Assembly: GCA_051362555.1 (NCBI GenBank)
Contig: CM120643.1
Coordinates: forward strand, 5,084,001-5,148,000
Length of the DNA stretch: 64,000 nt
Reading direction: 5' to 3'
Source: Lingula anatina
Lineage: Eukaryota > Animalia > Brachiopoda
Positions 56,767 to 64,000 of this stretch are shown piece by piece. Positions within the stretch are counted from its first letter, which is position 1. Each line of letters opens with the position of its first letter. The translations under genes were made by a program, and so were the position numbers. The notes under the pieces are model-generated. The model saw only the letters and a list, made by a program, of their open reading frames with translations, did no database searches and was not told the DNA's origin.

Positions 56767-58103
56767 TTTTTAAATGATGATTTATTATCTGTTTTCAGTA
56801 GAAATGAAGGCGTGTTTCCAAAATTATCATCACACTGAGGACAGTTGAATTCATCTGTTCACCATCTCCTTCTACAACCACACAGTATCAGCAAAGGTCA
56901 GTGCAACAAAGATATTGCTACACTGGTGATTCTATTCAATCCCATTGTGACCATCGCCACTACATGTTGTAACTGGGAAATCATCATTCATAAATGGATC
57001 ATTGAGATCCAAATCAGTTTTTGATATGTTCAGGGTGACAAGGGTTAATGTTAACTGTTTGGAGTTGGGGGGCGAGCATTCGTTGGGCAAAACTCTTGAT
57101 ATAAACAAAATTTCATGTATACATCTTGATGACTTTGCATTGTCTGTTGATATATTGAATGTGTCTGTATGTATTCTGATCACTGTCTTTGTCTTTGTTG
57201 TTGCTGTATGTGTTTATTATAATATAATAATATATTTTGATCACTGTGTTATGTCTGTGTTGTAACTACCGTATATATCTAAATATATAATAGTATATAT
57301 ATATATATATATTTTTTTTTTTTTTAAATGATGATTTATTATCTGTTTTCGGTAGAAATGAAGGCGTGTTTCCAGGATTATCATCACACTCAGGACAGTT
57401 GAATTCATCTGTTCACCATCTCCTTCTACAATGATATATTGATATATTGAATGTGTCTGTATGTATTCTGATCACTGTCTATCTCTTTATTGTCACTGTA
57501 TGTGTTTATTATAATATAATAATATATTTTGATCACTGTGTTACACATTTTTTAAAAATGGCCCAATTCTTTTTCACCAAGTGGGCCAAAATGGCCCTAC
57601 CAGATTTTGACCCAGGTAAAGATCCCTGTTATTCTCAGGAAAATCCAATTTATTTACTTTTTAAAACATAAAATCAATAGAATGTTTCTAATATAAATTT
57701 TCAAAACAACACCAGAGGGCAAATTAAATCAAATCAACCAGTGGCTAAACACAGGCAGGTTTTGTCAATTTCACCAACTTGTTTATTTCAAACAGTGCAC
57801 TTTTCGGACATGCGCAGTCATTTGAATCCTGTGCTATTGTGTGTACAATTTATTTCAATGAATTATAGAAATCAATTTCTTCATTTTCTTTTTGGTTTGT
57901 TTCATATTTTCTATTTCAAGATATGATACTTTACTGCTTGGGGATGCTCTTCCCATTGCTGCATTTTACAATGTAGTGCTTGCTTTATCCACTTGGCGGC
58001 AGCACCTTACAGTGAGGCTGAAGTCTTCATTAAGTCTCAATGATGTCTTGGTGTGTTTCTGACTCTGTGTGAATGTGTGTGTGTGTGTGTGTGTGTCTGT
58101 GTG

Positions 58104-58415
58104 CTCTTGTGCACGCATTCTAACCGAGGACACACACCCGCCCGAAACCCACTAACCGAGGACACACCTCCAACCGAGGACGTCCTCGGTTGACATAAGC
58201 AGTGGAATGCATAAAGGGGCCCATTTCAAGTTAGGTGGTGAAATTTGACGCTATTCTGAGCCAGTCCTCGGTTATGCTGGCCAAATTCCCGCCACGAGTG
58301 TATCAGAAATACTGTCCAACTTTTTGTCTGAAATCGAGCTATACACACGCGTCCTCGGTTGTGCTGTAAAGGGCGGACCAAATTCCGCGTCCTCGGTTGT
58401 GCTGTAAAGGGCAGA
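58104..58415. repeat. Cluster of seven AACCGAGGAC motifs (3 forward, 4 reverse) around a perfect 22-bp palindrome; probable DNA-transposon end
   Basis: Forward copies at 58122, 58154 and 58172; reverse copies at 58182, 58264, 58351 and 58389. CAACCGAGGACGTCCTCGGTTG lies at 58171-58192. Confidence 0.75.
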
Positions 58416-61076
58416 CTAAACTGAAACTAATGTTATATCTCAGATGTCTATATATTCAGTAAGTTCATATTTTTAAACTAAAGGTCTTTTTTATCAAATT
58501 AAGCTCTCCTACTCTGAAGTATCAAATAAACGTACCGGTACGTTAATTAATTTTCCAAATTTCTTCCCGCCGGTACGCTCCATTTTCACCCAGTAGCCTA
58601 CGCTTATTAATTTTTCAAAAATCTTCCACCCGGTATGTTTATTAAATACCTATTGTACCGGTGGGAAATTACACAAGTACAAGTCACGCTTTTTATTTTC
58701 TTAAATTGAAGTATAATGAGAAGAAAATCGAGATCTCAACTCATTACTGTACTGTTCCACAAACAGCACTGGAAAGTAGGTCAAGCGGAAGTCGCTCTCT
58801 GAACACAACAGTACATGCGTCACCTGATTTCAGTTTCTATAAATAGACGTGCTTTCCCTTCAGCAGTGACAACTACTCATGTATATCGATCGAATGATGC
58901 AATGTCGCAAGGTGATAGGATCATATTTATAGCTAAGGAGGTCATTTCAAGTGCAGCAAAGAAGTTGTGTCTGTTTTCAAACGTCAATTATTTCATGCCG
59001 ATTTATGATTTAAACGATGTTAAATCACATTTCTATGTAAGATAAACCCTTAGGAGTTTACAGGTATGCAAAACGAACCTTATATCTGAGAATAAATTTA
59101 CTAGTATGAACCGTATGGCTCTCGGAGGCGGCTTAGGTGCGATATATCTGGGTCTTCGGCCCCTGACAATTATGAAATTTAACTCATCCCGTTTTAAAGA
59201 TAAATTTTAATACTAAGTGAATTTTACCTGGTGAATTTTTTTTTTTTTTTTACAATGATCAATAGCTAGCTTTTTATGTACAGACACAGATGTGTCTGTA
59301 CATATAGCCGTCATCTGCGTCTGTCGTCGCCGTCGCTGTCGCCGTCGTCGCCGTGCACTTTTACCGATAACACGATAAGTGGAAAACTGTTTTTTCTTTT
59401 GGCTTGAAACTTACAGAACTGATGAATGTTCGTAATACGCAGGTCAAGTTCGAAAATCAGCATGATCGGTTCACTTATAGGGAATTTATGCTGTTTTTTC
59501 ACTTTTTTCAGCATATATGCAGCACCGATAACACGATAAGTGGAAAACCATTTTACCTTTTGGTTTCAAACGTACAGAACTGATGAATATTCATAATACG
59601 CAGGTCAAGTTTGAAAATCAGCGTGATTGGGTCATTTTTAGGGAAGTAATGCTGTTTTTCACTTTTTTCAGCATGTATGCAACACCTTTGTGCTATATGA
59701 TGGTACTGTATGGATGGCAGTCTATAAAATTGTCCCTTGGGTGATCACTAATTAAATTAAGGTCTATAAAGTCACTTGCCTACTCATTAATTTTCAATTG
59801 GCCATTAAATGAGATTACATAAAACACTCCTTGAGATTTCCCTGTAAAGTCCCATAGGTTTAGCTCTCTTAACTGTGTCACAAAATTAGGATTTGGTGAT
59901 AATTGTGCAGATAAATGGTGTTAAACATTGCAAATAAATTTACAACAAAAAGAATGTGTTATGCCATCATGCTATAGATGAATAACAGTGCTTTATTTTT
60001 CTCAAACTTGGTGGGGTTATTAATATCAACTTAATACAGCTAGATTAAAAGTTTGAATAGCAGCTTTATTGGAATTTTTTACGTTTTTTTTTTTTTTTTT
60101 TAATTTTTTTAAAATTATTTTTCAAACACTAGCATCTTCAAGATGTGATTTTTTACTCCCATCCACCAGAAGTGCTGTGCATTTTCTGTATTTATGTATA
60201 TAATTGTTATTTCTTCAGATTTAATTCTTAGACATGTTAACAGTCTCATTATGGAACTAATAAGATATGTAAAAGTGTTGTTTTGACATTTTCTGCTTCT
60301 TAACAATATTGTCGATTATATAAAAATGACGGTAAACCTGTTATAATATTGTGCATTGTGTAATAAAGTATCATAAATGGAAAGGAACTCATCATTGCAG
60401 TTTGTCAGATTTAATCATTCACTATGTTCAGCATCTGCAAATGGAGCAAATTGGACATTGAAAATTGTTCTATTGATAGTTTTCCTATGTCAACAATTTT
60501 CCTAGTTGAACATTTAAAAATGACAGTTTATTGATCATTTTGTTTTAAAAAAGGTGTTGAAAATGGAAAGAAAATCATTTCAGTACAGTTATCTCTTGTT
60601 TACATTTTGGCATTTTGAAAGTGTGACTCTGAACTTCCATGGCCTTGAAGACCTTCCCAAATCACATTTTCTGAATATTCATGATACTTTTATTTTTTTA
60701 TAAAAAATTTGATGGTCATTATGCTGTTAAGTATTATGGTTTATTGCATGAAAGTTGAAGAAAACCCTATTTTGGACACTGCTGCCAAGATAGCGGTTAA
60801 GGGAAAACCATGTTACTTACGATACTGAAACTTACTGAAAAGTTTCATAAGACAGAAGTGCAGCTTGTGTTTGAAAACCAGTGTGATTGTTTTCTGTTTT
60901 GGAGGCAATGCAGGTTTATAGAGTGCTATACTGGCATTTTCAAGTCGTGACTTATCACTCCCATCTGCCAGGAGCCCTGTACTCTTACTTTGTAACATTT
61001 TCTGTATTTTGTTAAGTTACAAGAATGATTCTTAGGATTGACATACAGCAAAAAAAAAAAAAAAAATTAATAATAA

Positions 61077-61079
<3 letters not shown>

Positions 61080-61147
<68 letters not shown>
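61080..61147. repeat. (TA)n microsatellite plus poly-T
   Basis: Directly visible. Confidence 0.95.
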
Positions 61148-61149
<2 letters not shown>

Positions 61150-61240
61150 TGAGTTTAAGCAATTTTTTTTTTGTGTTTAATTTTCACTGTACCTCATTCT
61201 GGCATTTCCAAAGTTTAACTCTTATCAGCCTGACACCTTA

Positions 61241-61459
61241 GGGACTATTTCCAGACCCTATCACGCTAACTGTGGATCGATCTATCTCCATGGGAATTCT
61301 CGCTAAATTGCAATCAATGTAAGTGGCTTAGTTGTCTGTCACGCCTACTGAAACTGGCATGCCAGAATCCTAAGACTCTCAAACTGAAAGCAATTTAGTG
61401 AGAAACCCCTTGGAGTTGGATTGATCCTGTTAGATTGATCTAGGTATGGGAACTTAGTC
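61241..61459. mobile_element. Small degenerate fold-back MITE (possibly PIF/Harbinger-like)
   Basis: ~70-bp imperfect inverted arms (ggatcgatctatctccatgggaattctcgctaaattgc versus gcaatttagtgagaaaccccttggagttggattgatcc), a central palindrome ctggcatgccag, and tta/taa flanks. Confidence 0.55.
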
Positions 61460-61864
61460 TAATGCTTGATACACATTTTACTTTCATCCTAATCCAATGT
61501 TATGCAGAATAAGAATTTGATTTTGGCTATGCATTTACAGTTAGCATAATACATTAGTTCATCAGAATTGACAGTATCCTATTTCCTGCGTTTTTATTTT
61601 CTGGTTTTTGTCTGTACATTTGACAGCTTTGCTGCCTTGTTTCTTTCTCTTCTTCTTCTTTACTTTTATTTATTTATTTCATTTTTTTTTTTTTTTGGGG
61701 GGGGGGGGAGCGGTGTAAAGGTTTTTTCCACCCAGTACTTTTATTAAATTTCGAGATTTTTTCCACCCAGTACTTTTATTCCATCAGTACTTTTATTAAA
61801 TTTTGAGATTTTTTCCACCCAGTACTTTTATTCCATCAGTACTTTTATTCGATACTTCAGAGTA

Positions 61865-63388
61865 GGCTTTTCATAAAACTCACAGAACTGATGATTATAA
61901 GTAAAAGAGAGGTCAAGATTGAAAATCAGCATGACCAGGCCCTTTTCTTTCAAATGTTATGCTGTTTTTTTTTTCAGCATATAAGTAACACTGTAAGCAC
62001 ATTTCAGGGAGAACCAATAAGCCTGTTTTCATGAAACTCACAGGAGTAATCAATGTTATCTATATACAAATCAAGTTTAAAAATAAGATTGATTGGTTGA
62101 GTTTTGAGGGACTTCAGCTTTTATTTGTATATAAGTGGTTTTCCTCAGATTTGATTGTCAGGCATGTTGACAGTTTCGTTATTGAACTAACTAGATATGT
62201 AAATATGTTAGTGTTTGTCTGAAATTTTCTGCATCTTTACAACATTGCTAGTTGATTAAATAAATATGACGGTAAACATGTTATCATGTACTGTGTAATA
62301 CAGTGTCTCAAAATGGAGGAAATGGGGTGATTATTTTCAAAAGTTTTGCATTTTTTTTCTCTTTTTTTCAGTGTACATGCAACACTGTAAACACACTTCA
62401 AGGAGAACCAATAGGCCTGTTTTCATGAAACTCAGAGAACTGATGATTATTAGTAAATTAAAAAGAATGATCAAGATTGAAAATCAGCATGACCAGGCCC
62501 TTTTCTTTCAAATGTTATGCTGGTTTTTTTTTCAGCATATATGTAACACTGTAAGCACATTTCAAGGAGAACCAATAAGCCTGTTTTCATGAAACTCACA
62601 GAACTGATGATTATTAGTAAAAGAATGGTCAACATTGAAAATCAGCATGACCAGGCCCTTTTCTTTCAAATGTTATGCTGTTTTTTTTAAGCATATAAGT
62701 AACACTGTAAGCACATTTCAGGAAGAACCAATAACTTAAAGCCTGTTTTCATGAAACTCACAGAACTGATTATTATGAGTAAAAGAATGGTCAAGATTGA
62801 AAATCAGCATGACCAGGCCCTTTTCTTTCAAATTTTATGCTGTTTTTTTCAGCATATAAGTAACACTGTAAGCACATTTCAGGGAGAACCGATAGGCCTG
62901 TTGTCATTAAACTCACAAGAGTGATCAATGTTATCTATATACAAATCAAATTTAAAAATAAGATAGATTGGTTGAGTTCTGAGGGACTTCAGCTTTTATT
63001 TGTATATAAGTGGTTTTCCTCAGATTTGATTGTCAGGCATGTTGACAGTTTCGTTATTGAATTAACTAGATATGTAAATATGTTAGTGTTTCTCTGAAAT
63101 TGTCTGCATCTTTACAACATTGCTAGTTGATTATATAAATATGACGGTAAACATGTTATCATGTACTGTGTAATACAGTGTCTCCAAATGGAGGAAATGG
63201 GGTGATTATTTTCAAAAGTTTTGCATTTTTTCTCCTTTTTTCAGTGTACATGCAACACTGTTAACATATTTCAAGGAGAACCAATAAGCCTGTTTTCATG
63301 AAACTCACAGAACTGATGATTATTAGTAAAAGAATGGTCAAGATTGAAAATCAGCAAGACCAGGCCCTTTTCTTTCAAATATTATGCT

Positions 63389-63423
<35 letters not shown>

Positions 63424-64000
63424 CAGCATATATGTAACACTGTAAGCACATTTCAGGGAGAACCAATAACTTAAAGCCTGTTTTCATGAAACTCACAGAA
63501 CTGATGATTATTAGTAAAAGCATATTAGTAACACTGTAAGCACATTTCAGGGAGAACCGATAGGCCTGTTGTCATTAAACTCACAAGAGTGATCAATGTT
63601 ATCTATATACAAATCAAATTTAAAAATAAGATTGATTGGTTGAGTTTTGAGGGACTTCAGCTTTTATTTGTATATAAGTGGTTTTCCTCAGATTTGATTG
63701 TCAGGCATGTAAACAGTCTCATTATTGAATTTACTAGATATGTAAAATGGGTTGTTTGACAATTTCTGCGTCTTGACAATATTGCTAGTTGATTATATAA
63801 AAATGGTGGTAAACCTGTTATCTTGTATTGTGTAAAAAAAGTGCCAAAATGGAAATGAACTCGTATCATTGTAGTTTGTCAGATTCAATCATTCACAATG
63901 TTCGGAATGGAGGAAATTGGACATTTAAACTTGTTATATTGATATTTTTGCCATCTCAACAATTTTCTTAGTTGATCATGTGAAATGGCAATAAACTGTA
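61865..64000 (+). repeat. Composite tandem array of HINE-family core repeats (~160-bp units interleaved with ~395-bp units)
   Basis: aaactcacagaactgat occurs at about 61876, 62429, 62593, 62754, 63301 and 63489. The long unit aaactcaca.gagt.atcaatgttatc occurs at about 62034, 62909 and 63577. Both are homologous to 59400-59690 and 60190-60530. Confidence 0.85.

Larger units (their letters stand above)
1..58103. repeat. Macrosatellite tandem array, ~22 head-to-tail units (modal ~2.07 kb), continuing beyond the left edge
   Basis: The anchor gtggctaaacacaggcagg recurs at 356, 2436, 4776, 6821, 9367, 15483, 17803, 20070, 22141, 24685, 28141, 30207, 32753, 36474, 38541, 40898, 42267, 44337, 45720, 47503, 55363 and 57741. 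Copies are near-identical and in the same orientation. The array stops inside a (TG)n tract at 58103. Confidence 0.98.
59271..61640 (+). mobile_element. Helentron-associated non-autonomous element (HINE-like)
   Basis: Starts in a T-run with the hairpin TATGTACAGACAC-agat-GTGTCTGTACATA (59275-59304), followed by a cgtcgc/gtc microsatellite and two 161-bp core repeats (59363, 59524). Ends with the subterminal inverted repeat gtctgtacat (61610-61619), the stem-loop gacagc-ttt-gctgcc and ttgtt. This is the standard HINE/DINE-1/CvA layout. Confidence 0.8.
58512..61862. mobile_element. TA-flanked TIR element (Tc1/mariner class, non-autonomous) with nested insertions
   Basis: 24-bp TIR CTCTGAAGTATCAAATAAACGTAC / CTCTGAAGTATCGAATAAAAGTAC, each flanked by TA. 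Shared subterminal motif ttccacccRgta..tttatt at ~58624 and 61725-61850. Confidence 0.75.

Noticed and set aside
45-57926. Dozens of recurring 60-147 aa ORFs (MAKHRQ..., MYSDHL..., MSVDIL...) as a tandem gene family
   Set aside because: Many start at GTG/TTG, run through microsatellites and change frame with tract length; I recognise no domain. Their recurrence just reflects the DNA repeat.
1-58103. CRISPR-like repeat-spacer organisation
   Set aside because: Eukaryotic context, kilobase units, no short repeats with unique spacers and no cas genes.

Overview
AT-rich eukaryotic DNA, probably from an invertebrate and possibly a bivalve mollusc (inferred from the transposon repertoire). I can support no intact protein-coding gene; the many recurring ORFs are by-products of repeats. 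Positions 1-58103 are one head-to-tail macrosatellite, open at the left edge of the window. It has about 22 units of roughly 1.4-3.5 kb, most often about 2.07 kb. Each unit is a ~0.9-kb spacer with (TG)n and (GA)n tracts, plus a variable number of nested ~340-590-bp sub-repeats carrying poly-G and (TA)n tracts. Units are organised into higher-order blocks, including a ~7-8-kb block present three times. Five single-copy non-autonomous DNA transposons interrupt the array, each with terminal inverted repeats (TIRs) and a clean target-site duplication (TSD): Kolobok-like 9847-12277, Tc1-like 13116-14775, piggyBac-like 33265-34385, TA-TSD pogo/mariner-like 48249-50129 and EnSpm/CACTA-like 50984-53834. 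All five lie in one minority variant of the unit. After the array ends there is a palindromic motif cluster, a TA-TSD TIR element (58512-61862) containing a Helentron-associated (HINE-like) element, and a tandem array built from the same HINE family.
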